Positions 39,210 through 49,847 of a stretch of DNA of 64,000 nt are shown here, one piece after another. The stretch's first letter is position 1, and each line of letters begins with the position of its first letter. The position numbers were made by a program, and so were the translations under genes. A model generated the notes under the pieces. It did not search any database. It was not told the origin of the DNA and worked only from the letters and a program-made list of their open reading frames with translations. This DNA comes from Gemmatimonadota bacterium (GTDB lineage: Bacteria > Gemmatimonadota > Gemmatimonadetes > Gemmatimonadales > Gemmatimonadaceae): assembly GCA_016719105.1 (NCBI GenBank), contig JADKAQ010000046.1:518272-582271 (forward strand). The letters run 5' to 3'.

Positions 39210-40756
39210 ATGCCACCAACGGAGACGCTCTGGTTCGTGCTGGGCGACCAGCTCGACCCGCGCTTCTCCGTCTTTCGTCGCCACTTCGACAAGCAGCGCG
39301 ACGTGGTGCTGATGGCCGAGGTGTCGGACGAATCGCGCCACGTACCGAGCCACAAGCAGCGGACGGCGCTCTTCCTGAGCGCCATGCGTCACTACGCCGA
39401 GCGGCTGCGCGAGCGGCAGGTGACGGTGCGCTACACGCGGCTCGACGACGCCGGCAACGCGGGGACGCTGGCGGGCGAGCTGCGCAAGGCAATCGACGCC
39501 GTGGGGCCGGCGCGCCTGGCGATCACGCGCCCGGGGGAGTGGCGCGTGCTGCGCATGATCGAGCGCATCGCCGCGCAGCGCGGGCTCCCGCTGGTGGTGC
39601 ACGAGGACCCGCACTTCCTGCTCACGCCGGCCGAGTTCAGCGCCTGGGCCAACGGGCGTTCGGAGCTGGTGATGGAGCACTTCTACCGAATGATGCGGCG
39701 GAAGTACAACGTCCTCGTGGCAGCTGACGGCAAGCCGGAGGGCGGGAGTGGAACTTCGACGCCGAGAACCGCAAGAAGTTCAAGGGCAACCGCGCGACGC
39801 TCCCGCCGCGGCTCACGCACGCCCCCGACGCCATCACGACGGCGGTGCTGCGCACGGTCGACGCGACGCTGCGCGACCTCCCCGGCGACACCGCGACCTT
39901 CAACTGGCCGGTGACGCGCGAGCAGGCGGTGGCCGAGCTGCACGACTTCATCAGGCACCGCCTGCGCCACTTCGGTGACTACCAGGACGCGATGGTCACG
40001 GGCGAACCGTGGCTGTACCACTCGCTCCTCTCGGCGCCGATGAACCTCAAGCTGCTCAACCCACGCGAGATCGTGCCGCTGGCGGTGGAGGCGTATCGGC
40101 GTGGCGCGGCGCCGCTGAATGCAGTGGAGGGGTTCGTGCGCCAGGTGATGGGGTGGCGCGAGTTCATCCGCGGCGTCTACTGGCGCGAGGGGCCCGACTA
40201 CGCCGACCGCAATGCGCTCAACCAGCGCCGAGCGCTCCCTGCGTTCTACTGGACGGGGGAGACGGAGATGCACTGCCTGCGCGAGAGCATCGGCGAGGTG
40301 CTGCGCCACGGCTTTGGCCACCACATCCAGCGGCTGATGGTGACTGGCAACTTCGCGATGATGGCCGGTGCGGACCCGCGAGCGGTGAGCGACTGGTACC
40401 TGGGGATGTACGTGGACGCGGTGGACTGGGTAACGCTGCCCAACACGTTAGGCATGTCGCAGCACGCGGACGGCGGGGTAGTCGGGACCAAGCCGTACGC
40501 GGCGAGTGGGCGCTACATCGAGAAGATGGGCGACTACTGCACCGGGTGCCGATTTGAGCCGGGGACGCGCGTGGGAGAGCACGCGTGCCCGTTCACGACG
40601 TTCTACTGGGACTTCCTCATTCGCCACGAGGCGAGGTTCGCGTCCAACCGGCGCATGGCGCTGCCGCTCAAGCACGTGAGCGCCATGGCCGACGAGGAGA
40701 AGCGGGGGATCGCGCAGTGGGCGGAGGTGGTGCGGGGGCGGTTGGGGATGCGGTAA
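39210..40756 (+). pseudogene. FeS-cluster cryptochrome/photolyase (PhrB/CryB-like), one frameshift as sequenced
   Basis: N-terminus LWFVLGDQL...SHKQRTALFLSAMRHYA. After KPEGG the frame shifts (GGGAGTGG at 39744-39749, expected GGGAAGTGG) to WNFDAENRKKF... C-terminal Cys pattern YCTGCRF...HACPFTTFYWDF is typical of the 4Fe-4S clade. Confidence 0.8.
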
Positions 40757-40912
40757 CCCCGTCCCAGCGAACGCTGGGACGAGTGGTGGCCGCGCCACAC
40801 CCCAAGCGTCACGCAAACGCGACGCGGAGAAGACACAGCACACGCTGAATCGTGACACGCGATGATGGTATTGGGGGTGAACGCTTTCCCTCGAACCCAC
40901 GTGAGGCACGAG

Positions 40913-42460
40913 ATGCTGCGCAGGACCTCCTCTCTTCTGTTCGCCAGTTCACTCCTGGTCGCCGCCGGGTGCAACGCCGACCGCGGCACCGCGCTCCCGA
41001 TCGATGACGTGACCCCGTTGGCGGGGCAGCTCGCGGCCTCCGGCGCGGGCTTCATCACGTCGCAGCCGGCCCAGGCCGAGGTGCTCGTCCCCGGCGCCGA
41101 GATGTGGCCGATCATCAGCGTGGGCGACCCGATTCCCGGGACCAACGACACCTGGGCGCCGCTCCCCGATGGACTCGGGGCGTACTTTGAGAAGGGCGTG
41201 TTGAACCTGTACACGGCGCACGAGATCTCCAACTCGGGGGTGCGCTCCACCAACGGCGGCCCGACGATCGCCTACGCACGCGTCTCGAAGCTGGCGATCG
41301 ACCCGCGCACGCGTTCGGTACTCGGCGGCTCGTATGTGGAGGATGGCAGCTCGCAGCTGCAGCGCCTCTGCTCGGCCACGTGGGTCGATGGCGCGGAAGG
41401 GATGCCGACCGGCTACTTCATGGCCGGCGAGGAGACGCTCGGGACGCCTAACGGCTCGGTCGTGACCGCCTGGGACAAGCAGGGGAACAAGACGCCGCTC
41501 CCGCACCTCGGCGCCTTTGCCCACGAAAACCAGATCATCGTCCCCGGCTTCAAGAACAAGGTGGTGGGGGTCGGGCTCGACGACGCCGGCGGCCAGTCCG
41601 AGCTGTACCTGTACGTGGCCGACAGCGAGCAGGGCTTCATCCAGGGGACGGGGAAGCTCTACGTCTTCAAGACGGACGTGAAGTCGACGGCCGGGACGCC
41701 GCTGCACAGCGGCAACATGGTGGACGGGCAGCGGATTCCTGGGTACTTCGTCGAGGTGACCGACCCGGCCGACCTGTCGACGCCGCCCGCGCAGCGCGCG
41801 GCCAACTTGCAGAAGAAGGTCGACGCGTTAGGCGCGATGCCGTTCGTGCGCATCGAGGACGGCGACTACGACAAGAACTCGCCCAACACCCCGGCGATCT
41901 ACTTCGTGGATACGGGGAACTCGTCGGTTCGCGGCCGCACACAGGTTGGCGCCGACTGCTTCGGCGTGTGCGACCTGGCCGGCTCGCTGTACCGCCTGCA
42001 GTTCGAGCGCAACGACCCCACGCGCGCCGCACTGATCCTGATGGAGCGCTCGAAGGGAGCCGCCAGCGGGTGGGCTTCGCCGGACAACATCGCCACGACG
42101 CAGCGCAGCATCATGATCCAGGAAGACCCGGCATACGCGGGCTTCGACGGGTCGCGTCCGCCGGCCATCTGGAACCTGAAGCTCGTCAACGACGGGAAGC
42201 AGGCGATCAATCCGCGCAAGGTGGTGCAGGCGACGCAGGAGACGCTGATCCCGGGCCCCGGCGGCAAGTGCGTCGATGCGCAGGGGTTGTGCTGGGAGGT
42301 GACCGGCATCATCAGCACGGAGAAGTGGATGGGACAGGGCTCCTGGCTCTTCGCGGTGCAGGCGCACACGCTCCCGTTCTCGGTGACGACGAACGGGGTG
42401 ACGAGCCAGTACCCGGGCGAGAACGGGCAGCTGCTCTTCCTGCGCGTGCCGGGGAGCTGA
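40913..42460 (+). CDS. secreted lipoprotein, possibly PhoX/DUF839-like beta-propeller
   Basis: Start ATG 40913 (MLRRTSSLLFASSLLVAAGC lipobox). FAHENQI and FVRIEDGDYD blocks recall DUF839-type proteins. The product call is tentative. Confidence 0.45.
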   Translation: MLRRTSSLLFASSLLVAAGCNADRGTALPIDDVTPLAGQLAASGAGFITSQPAQAEVLVPGAEMWPIISVGDPIPGTNDTWAPLPDGLGAYFEKGVLNLYTAHEISNSGVRSTNGGPTIAYARVSKLAIDPRTRSVLGGSYVEDGSSQLQRLCSATWVDGAEGMPTGYFMAGEETLGTPNGSVVTAWDKQGNKTPLPHLGAFAHENQIIVPGFKNKVVGVGLDDAGGQSELYLYVADSEQGFIQGTGKLYVFKTDVKSTAGTPLHSGNMVDGQRIPGYFVEVTDPADLSTPPAQRAANLQKKVDALGAMPFVRIEDGDYDKNSPNTPAIYFVDTGNSSVRGRTQVGADCFGVCDLAGSLYRLQFERNDPTRAALILMERSKGAASGWASPDNIATTQRSIMIQEDPAYAGFDGSRPPAIWNLKLVNDGKQAINPRKVVQATQETLIPGPGGKCVDAQGLCWEVTGIISTEKWMGQGSWLFAVQAHTLPFSVTTNGVTSQYPGENGQLLFLRVPGS

Positions 42461-42500
42461 TGACGAACGCTGCGCGGTAGGCGCGCAGGGTAAGGGCAAC

Positions 42501-42530
42501 ACGACGGCCCACCGAAAGGTGGGCCGTCGT
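42501..42530 (+). terminator. strong stem-loop (13-bp perfect stem, GAAA loop)
   Basis: ACGACGGCCCACC GAAA GGTGGGCCGTCGT, 40 nt after the stop at 42460. No U-tract. Confidence 0.55.
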
Positions 42531-42621
42531 GCGTCGTCAGGGTGCGCGACGGGTCGTTCCGTTGCGCCCACACCCGCGCCCGCAGTACGCTTGAAGGGGT
42601 CCTCCCCTCGCGCGCGCCAAC

Positions 42622-43323
42622 ATGACCGGCACACCACGCTTTCTCGTCGTCGACGACGAGCGCCAGATCAGGCGCGCGGTGGCGCACGTGCTGGAGCCGC
42701 TCAACGGCACGGTGAGCGAAGCGGCGACCGGGCGCGAGGCGCTGACGCTTGCTGCGGCCGAGTCACCCGCGCTGGTCGTGCTCGACCTCGGGCTTCCCGA
42801 CATGGACGGGATCGACGTGTGTCGCGAACTGCGCACGTGGAGCGACACGCCGATCCTGATCCTCACGGCGCGGCACGACGACCAGGCGACGATCGCGGCG
42901 CTCGATGCGGGGGCGGATGACTATGTCACCAAGCCCTTTTCGCCCCCGGCGCTGCAGGCGCGCGTGCGGGCGCTGCTGCGGCGCGCGTTACGCTCCAACG
43001 GGTCGGAACAGGGGCGCACGGTGATCGAGGCCGGCGCCCTGCGCATCGACCTCGCGGCGCGCACCGTGGATCGGGGCGGCGAGCGCGTGCACCTCACGCC
43101 GACGGAATTCGACCTCCTGGCCACGCTCGCCTCGAACGCCGGTCGCGTCCTGACGCACGGATTCCTGTTCACGACGGTGTGGAAGGGACGGGTCTTTGGC
43201 GACGCACAGGCGCACCTGCGCGTGCACGTGGCGCACCTGCGCCGCAAGCTGGAGGACGACCCGGTGCGGCCGCGGCACCTGCAGACGGAGCTCGGGGTGG
43301 GATATCGCTTCGTGACCGACTGA
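42622..43323 (+). CDS. kdpE: OmpR-family response regulator, KdpE-like
   Basis: REC (FLVVDDERQI...VVLDLGLPDMDG) plus winged-helix output (HLTPTEFDLL...GVGYRFV). Directly upstream of the kdpD-like kinase and kdpFABC. Confidence 0.85.
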   Translation: MTGTPRFLVVDDERQIRRAVAHVLEPLNGTVSEAATGREALTLAAAESPALVVLDLGLPDMDGIDVCRELRTWSDTPILILTARHDDQATIAALDAGADDYVTKPFSPPALQARVRALLRRALRSNGSEQGRTVIEAGALRIDLAARTVDRGGERVHLTPTEFDLLATLASNAGRVLTHGFLFTTVWKGRVFGDAQAHLRVHVAHLRRKLEDDPVRPRHLQTELGVGYRFVTD

Positions 43324-43336
43324 GGAGCGTCAACGC

Positions 43337-45001
43337 GTGCCGGAGCCATCCCCTCAGCGCAGCGCGCAACGTACGCGACCGCGGGCCATCGCACTCCCCG
43401 CGGTCACGAGGCGGGTGCGACGCGTTCGTCCGTACGTGTGGCCGTTGCTGCTCGCGGTGGTCATCGCCGCGCTGATCCCCTTCCGCGAGCGGCTCGAGGA
43501 TTCGCACATCACGCTCGCGCTCCTGCTGGTGGTCCTGGTCGCCGCCGCCGATGGTGGGCGCGGCGTGGGGCTGTTCTCGGCGGCACTCGCCTTCCTCGGC
43601 TTCAACTGGTTCTTCCTCCCGCCGTACGGGACGCTGGTCATCGCGGACCCGCTCGACTGGTTCGTCCTGCTCGCCTTCCTCGGGACGAGCGTGGTGGCGT
43701 CGCACCTCTTCCATCAGGTACAACGGGAGGCCGACGAGGCGCGCGAGCGAACCGCGGAGATGACGACGTTGGCCACGCTCGGCGCCGAGGCGATGACGGC
43801 GCCGCGCGCCGAGGGGGCGCTGCGCATGGTGGCGCACACGACGCGTGAGGCGCTGGGAGTGCAGGCGTGCCGGGTGCATGTGCTGCGCGATGGCGATGGC
43901 CGCGCGACCGGTACGCTGGAGTCGGCGACGGCGACCGCGGAGCTACCGTCATCCGCGACGTTCCCCGCGGGGGAGGGTGCCACGGATGTCGAGCCAGTGT
44001 GGCTCGCGCTCGACCGCGGCGCGCGCGTGGCGGTGCTGGACGGCGGGGTGGTGCGCGTGATCGCCAGTGAGGCGTCGTCGCTGCGCGAGGCGCTGCAGGG
44101 AGAACGGGCGCTGCGACTCCTCATCCCGCTGCGCGCCGGGGCGCGCTCGATGGGGGTGCTCGACGTGGAGGATGCTGGCGGACTCGCGCTGACCGATCCG
44201 CGGGAGCGTTTGCTGGCCGCGCTGGCGTACTACGCGGCGTTAGGCGTGGAGCGCGCGCGGAACGAACGGACGACCGAGCGGCTGGAAGCCATGCACGAGG
44301 CAGAGCGCATGCGCACGGCGGTGCTGGCGTCGGTGTCGCACGACCTGCGCACCCCGCTCACGACGATCAAGGCGCTGGCGCACGAACTGGGATCGCTGGG
44401 CGACGAGCGCTCCGAGGTGATCGAGCAGGAGGCGGATCGGCTCAACGCTTTCGTGGCCGACATGCTCGACATGTCGCGACTGGCGAGCGGACGCTTTCCG
44501 ATGGAGCCGACGATTGTCCCGGTCGATGAGCTGGTGAGCGCCGTGTTGCAGCAGGTGGAAGGGAGCTTTGGCGCCCGGCCGATCCGCGTGCAGCTGCCGA
44601 GCGACGACGCCTTTCCGCTGGCGCGCTTCGACCTGACGCACTCGGCGCGCATCCTGGTGAACCTGCTGGAAAACGCCCGCAAGTATGCGCCGGGTGAGAC
44701 ACCGGTCGACCTGACGGTGCAGCGCGACGGGGCGATGATGCGCATCTCCGTTGCCGATCGCGGCCCGGGCGTCCCGCCTGACGAGCGCGAGCGGATCTTC
44801 GACGCTCTGTATCGCCCTGCGGCGGCACGACCGGATGTGGGGAGCGCGGGGCTCGGTCTGGCGATTGCCCGTGGACTGGCCGAGTCGCAGGGCGGGACGC
44901 TCACGTACGCGGAACGCGACGGCGGAGGCAGCGTCTTTACGCTCTCGCTCCCGGCCGCGGAGTTGAGTGACATCGACGCGGGGCACGGCGGCGGGGCGTA
45001 A
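43337..45001 (+). CDS. kdpD: KdpD-type sensor kinase core (DUF4118 membrane domain-GAF-like-HisKA-HATPase), lacking the KdpD N-terminal/Usp module
   Basis: GTG 43337. Four-helix membrane block [17 protein letters not shown]...[13 protein letters not shown]-box [15 protein letters not shown] boxes [16 protein letters not shown] and [10 protein letters not shown]. Confidence 0.8.
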   Translation: MPEPSPQRSAQRTRPRAIALPAVTRRVRRVRPYVWPLLLAVVIAALIPFRERLEDSHITLALLLVVLVAAADGGRGVGLFSAALAFLGFNWFFLPPYGTLVIADPLDWFVLLAFLGTSVVASHLFHQVQREADEARERTAEMTTLATLGAEAMTAPRAEGALRMVAHTTREALGVQACRVHVLRDGDGRATGTLESATATAELPSSATFPAGEGATDVEPVWLALDRGARVAVLDGGVVRVIASEASSLREALQGERALRLLIPLRAGARSMGVLDVEDAGGLALTDPRERLLAALAYYAALGVERARNERTTERLEAMHEAERMRTAVLASVSHDLRTPLTTIKALAHELGSLGDERSEVIEQEADRLNAFVADMLDMSRLASGRFPMEPTIVPVDELVSAVLQQVEGSFGARPIRVQLPSDDAFPLARFDLTHSARILVNLLENARKYAPGETPVDLTVQRDGAMMRISVADRGPGVPPDERERIFDALYRPAAARPDVGSAGLGLAIARGLAESQGGTLTYAERDGGGSVFTLSLPAAELSDIDAGHGGGA

Positions 45002-45044
45002 CCGACCGGGAACGGCCCCGCGTGGCCGCGCGCGCACCGCCGTG

Positions 45045-45066
45045 CATACGACCTTCATGCGACCTT
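45045..45066 (+). promoter_or_regulatory. candidate KdpE (OmpR-type) binding site: 11-bp direct repeat
   Basis: CATACGACCTT CATGCGACCTT, two tandem copies (10/11 identical) one helical turn apart, about 150 nt upstream of the first small ORF of the kdp structural genes. Confidence 0.35.
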
Positions 45067-45197
45067 AACGCCTCTCCTCGGGGCGTTTGTGCGTTCTTCA
45101 CCCCCCAACGCGCATCGTCACTCCGTACGGCGCCTCCCCGTCTCGGCCCTGCAGCGTCACGAGACTGTGCGAGCGCCCCCTGCCCCTCGGAGGGACT

Positions 45198-45320
45198 GTG
45201 CTCGACCTGGTGTACGTGCTGCTCACCATCGCCTTCTTCGCGCTCATGCTGTGGTACATCACCGGCTGCGCGCTCTTGGGGCATTCCAGCAACGCACGCG
45301 ACGAGGAGCGGAACTCATGA
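45198..45320 (+). CDS. small single-TM peptide (40 aa) translationally coupled to kdpF
   Basis: GTG 45198 is preceded by [46 protein letters not shown]. Its TGA overlaps the kdpF ATG (ATGA at 45317-45320). Confidence 0.45.
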   Translation: MLDLVYVLLTIAFFALMLWYITGCALLGHSSNARDEERNS

Positions 45321-45406
45321 GGCCGGACTCGGTGCTCGGGCTGCTCGTGTCGGTCGCGCTCCTGGTGTACCTGCTGTACACGCTCCTGCGGCCGGAGAAG
45401 TTCTGA
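45317..45406 (+). CDS. kdpF: K+-transporting ATPase subunit F
   Basis: 29-aa hydrophobic peptide [29 protein letters not shown], ending 2 nt before the kdpA start. Confidence 0.8.
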   Translation: MRPDSVLGLLVSVALLVYLLYTLLRPEKF

Positions 45407-45408
45407 CC

Positions 45409-47124
45409 ATGACCACCAACGGTTGGCTGCAGATCGCCTTCTTCTCGGCGTGCGTCATGCTCGTCGCCAAGCCGCTGGGGATCTACCTCGTACGCGTGTA
45501 CGACGGATCCCTGCGTTGGCTGGCGCCAGTGGAGCGCGCCATCTATCGCATCGCGGGCATCGACCCCAATGAGGACCAGCACTGGACGCGCTACGCCGCG
45601 GGGGTGCTGCTGTTCAGTGCCGCATCGATGCTGCTCACGTACATCGCACTGCGTCTGCAGGCGTTGCTCCCGCTCAACCCGCAGGGGATGGCGGCGCTGC
45701 CGCCGCGTCAGGCGTTCGAGACGGCGGCCTCGTTCACCACCAACACCAACTGGCAGTCGTACAGCGGCGAGTCGACGATGTCGTACCTGTCGCAGATGAT
45801 GCAGTTGGCCTTCCACAACTTCGTCTCTTCGGCGGTCGGGATGGGCGTCGCGGTCGCGCTGGTGCGCGGCATCTCCCGACGCAGCGCCGGGAAGCTCGGC
45901 AATTTCTGGGTCGATACGGTGCGCGGGACGCTTTACGTCCTGCTCCCGTTCTCGCTGGTGTTCGCCCTCATGCTCGTGCAGCAGGGGGCGATCCAGAACT
46001 TCCGCCCGTACGTCGAACTCACGACGCTCGAGGGGGCCAAGCAGGTCCTCGCGATGGGGCCGGTGGCCAGCCAGGAGGCGATCAAGCAGATCGGCACGAA
46101 CGGCGGCGGCTTCTTCAACGCCAACTCGGCGCATCCGTTCGAGAACCCGACGCCGTGGACCAACTTCTGGCAGATGCTGACGATCTTCCTGATCCCCTCG
46201 GCGATGACGTACATGCTGGGGCGGATGGTGAAGAACCAGCGCCATGGGTGGGCGGTGTGGTCGGCGATGTTCGTCCTCTTCTTCGGCGGCGTGACGACGG
46301 CGTACTGGGCCGAGGCGCGCGGCAACCCGATCCACGCCGAGCGTGGGCTCGACCTGGCGACGACGGCGACCAATCCCGGCGGCAACATGGAGGGGAAGGA
46401 GGTCCGATTCGGGATCGCCAACTCCGCCTTGTTTGCCACGGTCACCACCGACGCCTCGTGTGGTGCGGTGAACGCGATGCACGACTCGTTCACCCCGTTA
46501 GGCGGGTTGGTCCCGCTGGTGAACATGCAGCTGGGCGAGGTCGTCTTCGGCGGCGTGGGGGCGGGGCTGTACGGGATCCTGATGATGGTCGTGCTGACGG
46601 TGTTCATCGCCGGGCTGATGGTGGGGCGCACCCCCGAGTACCTGGGGAAGAAGATCCAGGCGCGCGAGGTGCAGATGGCGATGCTCTACGTCCTGGTGTT
46701 CCCGGCCGCGATCCTGGTGACCACCGCGATCTCGGTCGTGAGCCCGATGGGGCTGGCCGGGCTCAACAACCAGGGGCCGCACGGCTTGTCGGAGATCCTG
46801 TACGCCTTCTCCAGCACCGCGGCCAACAACGGGAGTGCCTTCGCCGGCCTCACGGGGGGCACGACCTACTACAACACGATGCTTGGCGTCACGATGCTGA
46901 TCGGGCGATTCGCGATGATGGTGCCGATGCTCGCCCTGGCCGGCTTCCTGGCCGAGAAGAAGATCGCGCCGGAGTCGGCCGGGACGTTCCCCGTCACCTC
47001 GCCGCTCTTCGTCGTGCTGCTGGTCGGCGTGATCGTGATCGTTTCTGCCCTCACCTTCTTCCCGGCCCTGGCGTTAGGTCCGATCGTCGAGCACCTGCTG
47101 ATGGGTGCCGGGAGGCTCTTCTAA
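45409..47124 (+). CDS. kdpA: K+-transporting ATPase subunit A
   Basis: Start ATG 45409 ([12 protein letters not shown]). 571-aa polytopic protein with KdpA blocks [29 protein letters not shown] and NNGSAFAGL. Confidence 0.95.
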   Translation: MTTNGWLQIAFFSACVMLVAKPLGIYLVRVYDGSLRWLAPVERAIYRIAGIDPNEDQHWTRYAAGVLLFSAASMLLTYIALRLQALLPLNPQGMAALPPRQAFETAASFTTNTNWQSYSGESTMSYLSQMMQLAFHNFVSSAVGMGVAVALVRGISRRSAGKLGNFWVDTVRGTLYVLLPFSLVFALMLVQQGAIQNFRPYVELTTLEGAKQVLAMGPVASQEAIKQIGTNGGGFFNANSAHPFENPTPWTNFWQMLTIFLIPSAMTYMLGRMVKNQRHGWAVWSAMFVLFFGGVTTAYWAEARGNPIHAERGLDLATTATNPGGNMEGKEVRFGIANSALFATVTTDASCGAVNAMHDSFTPLGGLVPLVNMQLGEVVFGGVGAGLYGILMMVVLTVFIAGLMVGRTPEYLGKKIQAREVQMAMLYVLVFPAAILVTTAISVVSPMGLAGLNNQGPHGLSEILYAFSSTAANNGSAFAGLTGGTTYYNTMLGVTMLIGRFAMMVPMLALAGFLAEKKIAPESAGTFPVTSPLFVVLLVGVIVIVSALTFFPALALGPIVEHLLMGAGRLF

Positions 47125-47125
47125 C

Positions 47126-49234
47126 ATGTCGGTCTCGAAACGTCCCCTCTTTGACCCGCCGATCGTGAAGCGGGCCGTGCGCGATGCGTTCGGCAAGCTG
47201 CACCCCCGTACGATGGTGCGGAACCCGGTGATGTTCGTGGTGTTCGTCGGGTGCATTCTCACGTCGCTCGTGCTGGTGCAGGACGTGGTACGCGGCGAAG
47301 GCAACCTCGGCTTCACTGTGCAGCTGGCGATCTGGCTCTGGTTCACGGTGCTCTTCGCCAACTTCGCCGAGGCGATGGCTGAGGGGCGGGGCAAGGCACA
47401 GGCCGACACGCTGCGCGCCTCGCGCGCGCAGACCAAGGCCAAGAAGCTCGACGACCCGCGCAACCGGCACACGTTCTACTTCGTGGCGTCGAACGAACTG
47501 GACAAGGACGACCATGTGGTGTGCGAGCCGGGCGACGTGATTCCCAGCGATGGTGAAGTCGTCGAAGGGGTGGCCTCGGTGGATGAGTCGGCGATCACCG
47601 GCGAATCGGCCCCCGTCATTCGTGAGTCGGGGGGCGATCGGTCGGCGGTCACCGGGGGAACCAAGGTGCTCTCGGATTACCTGGTCATTCGCATCACGGC
47701 GGGCCCGGGCGAGACGTTCCTGGATCGAATGATCTCCCTGGTCGAGGGGGCTTCGCGGCAGAAGACGCCGAACGAGATCGCCCTGACGATCCTGCTCTCG
47801 GGGCTGACCATCGTCTTCCTGTTCGCGGTCGTGACGTTGCAGCCGTTCGCCCTGTATTCGGGAACGTCGGTCTCGACGCCGGTGATGGTGGCGCTGCTGG
47901 TCTGCCTCATCCCGACGACCATCGGCGGACTGCTGTCGGCGATCGGCATCGCGGGGATGGACCGGATGATCCAGCAGAACGTGATTGCCATGAGCGGGCG
48001 CGCGGTCGAGGCGGCCGGCGACGTCAACACGCTGCTGCTCGACAAGACCGGGACGATCACGTTAGGCAACCGGCAGGCGGTGTCGTTTCACCCGATGCCC
48101 GGCGTGGACGAGTCATACCTCGCCGACCGGGCGCAGCTGGCCTCGCTGGCCGACGAGACGCCCGAGGGGCGGAGCATCGTCGTGCTGGCCAAGACGAAGT
48201 ACGGGATCAACGCGCGCACGCTGGAGGACGAAGCGCACACGCGTTCGGTCTTCGTCCCCTTCTCCGCCAGCACCCGCATGAGCGGCGTGGACACGGCCGT
48301 GCTGGAGCTGCGCAAAGGCGCGGGCGACACGGTGAGCCGTTGGGTGCAGGAGCACGGTGGCAATGGCTCCGCGGAGCTGCGACCACTGGTGGAGAGGATT
48401 GCTCGCGAGGGGGGAACGCCGCTCGTGGTGGCCGAACGGTTGATGCCGTCAGCTGCTACGTCGGGCGCGGGCGCGGGGCCGATGACCGGCACCGCGCGCG
48501 TCCTTGGCGTGATCTACCTCAAGGATGTCGTGAAGGGTGGGATGCGCGAACGCTTCGAGCGCTTGCGCGCCATGGGCATTCGCACGGTGATGATCACCGG
48601 CGACAACCCGCTCACCGCGGCGGCAATCGCGCAGGAGGCGGGGGTCGACGACTTCCTGGCCGAAGCGAAGCCGGAGGACAAGATGGCGCTCATCAAGCGC
48701 GAGCAGGCCGGCGGGAAGCTGGTCGCGATGACGGGCGACGGGACGAACGACGCACCGGCGCTGGCGCAGGCCGACGTGGGCGTGGCGATGAGCAGCGGGA
48801 CGCAGGCGGCCAAGGAGGCGGGGAACATGATCGACCTCGACTCCAACCCGACGAAGCTCATCGAGGTGGTGGAGATCGGGAAGCAGCTGTTGATGACGCG
48901 CGGCGCACTCACGACCTTTTCCATTGCCAACGACGTCGCGAAGTACTTCGCGATCATCCCGGCGATGTTCCTGACGGCGTATCCGGCGCTGGCCTCGCTC
49001 AACGTGATGCGGCTGCACTCGAGCGAGTCGGCCATTCTCGCGAGTGTGATCTTCAACGCCCTGGTGATCATCGCGCTCATCCCGCTGGCGCTGCGCGGGG
49101 TGCGCTATCGTCCAGCCGCAGCCTCGACCATCCTGCGCAACAACTTGATCGTGTACGGTTTCGGCGGGCTCCTGGTCCCCTTCGTCGGGATCAAGCTCAT
49201 CGACATGGCACTCGTCGTCCTCCGCCTGGTATAG
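47126..49234 (+). CDS. kdpB: K+-transporting P-type ATPase subunit B
   Basis: P-type motifs [23 protein letters not shown] and [18 protein letters not shown]. Confidence 0.95.
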   Translation: MSVSKRPLFDPPIVKRAVRDAFGKLHPRTMVRNPVMFVVFVGCILTSLVLVQDVVRGEGNLGFTVQLAIWLWFTVLFANFAEAMAEGRGKAQADTLRASRAQTKAKKLDDPRNRHTFYFVASNELDKDDHVVCEPGDVIPSDGEVVEGVASVDESAITGESAPVIRESGGDRSAVTGGTKVLSDYLVIRITAGPGETFLDRMISLVEGASRQKTPNEIALTILLSGLTIVFLFAVVTLQPFALYSGTSVSTPVMVALLVCLIPTTIGGLLSAIGIAGMDRMIQQNVIAMSGRAVEAAGDVNTLLLDKTGTITLGNRQAVSFHPMPGVDESYLADRAQLASLADETPEGRSIVVLAKTKYGINARTLEDEAHTRSVFVPFSASTRMSGVDTAVLELRKGAGDTVSRWVQEHGGNGSAELRPLVERIAREGGTPLVVAERLMPSAATSGAGAGPMTGTARVLGVIYLKDVVKGGMRERFERLRAMGIRTVMITGDNPLTAAAIAQEAGVDDFLAEAKPEDKMALIKREQAGGKLVAMTGDGTNDAPALAQADVGVAMSSGTQAAKEAGNMIDLDSNPTKLIEVVEIGKQLLMTRGALTTFSIANDVAKYFAIIPAMFLTAYPALASLNVMRLHSSESAILASVIFNALVIIALIPLALRGVRYRPAAASTILRNNLIVYGFGGLLVPFVGIKLIDMALVVLRLV

Positions 49235-49238
49235 CCTC

Positions 49239-49847
49239 ATGTCCATGCTCCGCAAGCAACTTCGCCCCGCGATCGTCCTCACCCTGGTCCTGTGCGCCAT
49301 CACCGGCGTGGTGTATCCCGGGATCGTCACCGGACTCGCGCAACTGCTCTTCCCGCGCCAGGCCAACGGGTCGCTGGTGCGCGTGAACGGGCGCGTGGTG
49401 GGCAGTGCGCTCATCGGGCAGCCGTTCACGCAGGAGTGGTACTTCCACTCGCGCCCGTCAGCCGCAGGGAGCGGCTACGACGGCACGGCGTCGAGCGGGA
49501 CCAACAAGGGGCCGACCGATACCAAGCTCGCTGACACGCTCATCGCGGACGCGGTGAACGAAGCGGTGGCCACGAACGGCGCAGTGAAGGGGCAGGTCCC
49601 GACCGACATGGCCACCCGCTCGGCGTCGGGGCTCGACCCGCACATTTCGCCGGCCAATGCCATGTTGCAGGTGGCTCGTGTCGCCAGGGCGCGTGCCGCA
49701 GACAGTGCCGCGGTGCGAGCGCTGGTGGACCGACACATCGAGGGGCGACAATTCGGCTTCTTTGGCGAGCCGAGGGTAAACGTGCTCCTCCTCAATATTG
49801 CGCTCGACTCGGCCTTCGCGCGCCCGGTCGGAGGAAAGCAGTCATGA
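49239..49847 (+). CDS. kdpC: K+-transporting ATPase subunit C
   Basis: 202 aa. N-terminal TM helix, then GSGYD..ASSGTNKGP and SASGLDPHISP blocks. Confidence 0.9.
   Translation: MSMLRKQLRPAIVLTLVLCAITGVVYPGIVTGLAQLLFPRQANGSLVRVNGRVVGSALIGQPFTQEWYFHSRPSAAGSGYDGTASSGTNKGPTDTKLADTLIADAVNEAVATNGAVKGQVPTDMATRSASGLDPHISPANAMLQVARVARARAADSAAVRALVDRHIEGRQFGFFGEPRVNVLLLNIALDSAFARPVGGKQS

Noticed and set aside
45002-45197. Riboswitch (for example c-di-AMP type) or attenuator in the kdp leader
   Set aside because: I could not recognise any conserved riboswitch core by eye. Only the 11-bp direct repeat at 45045-45066 is supportable.
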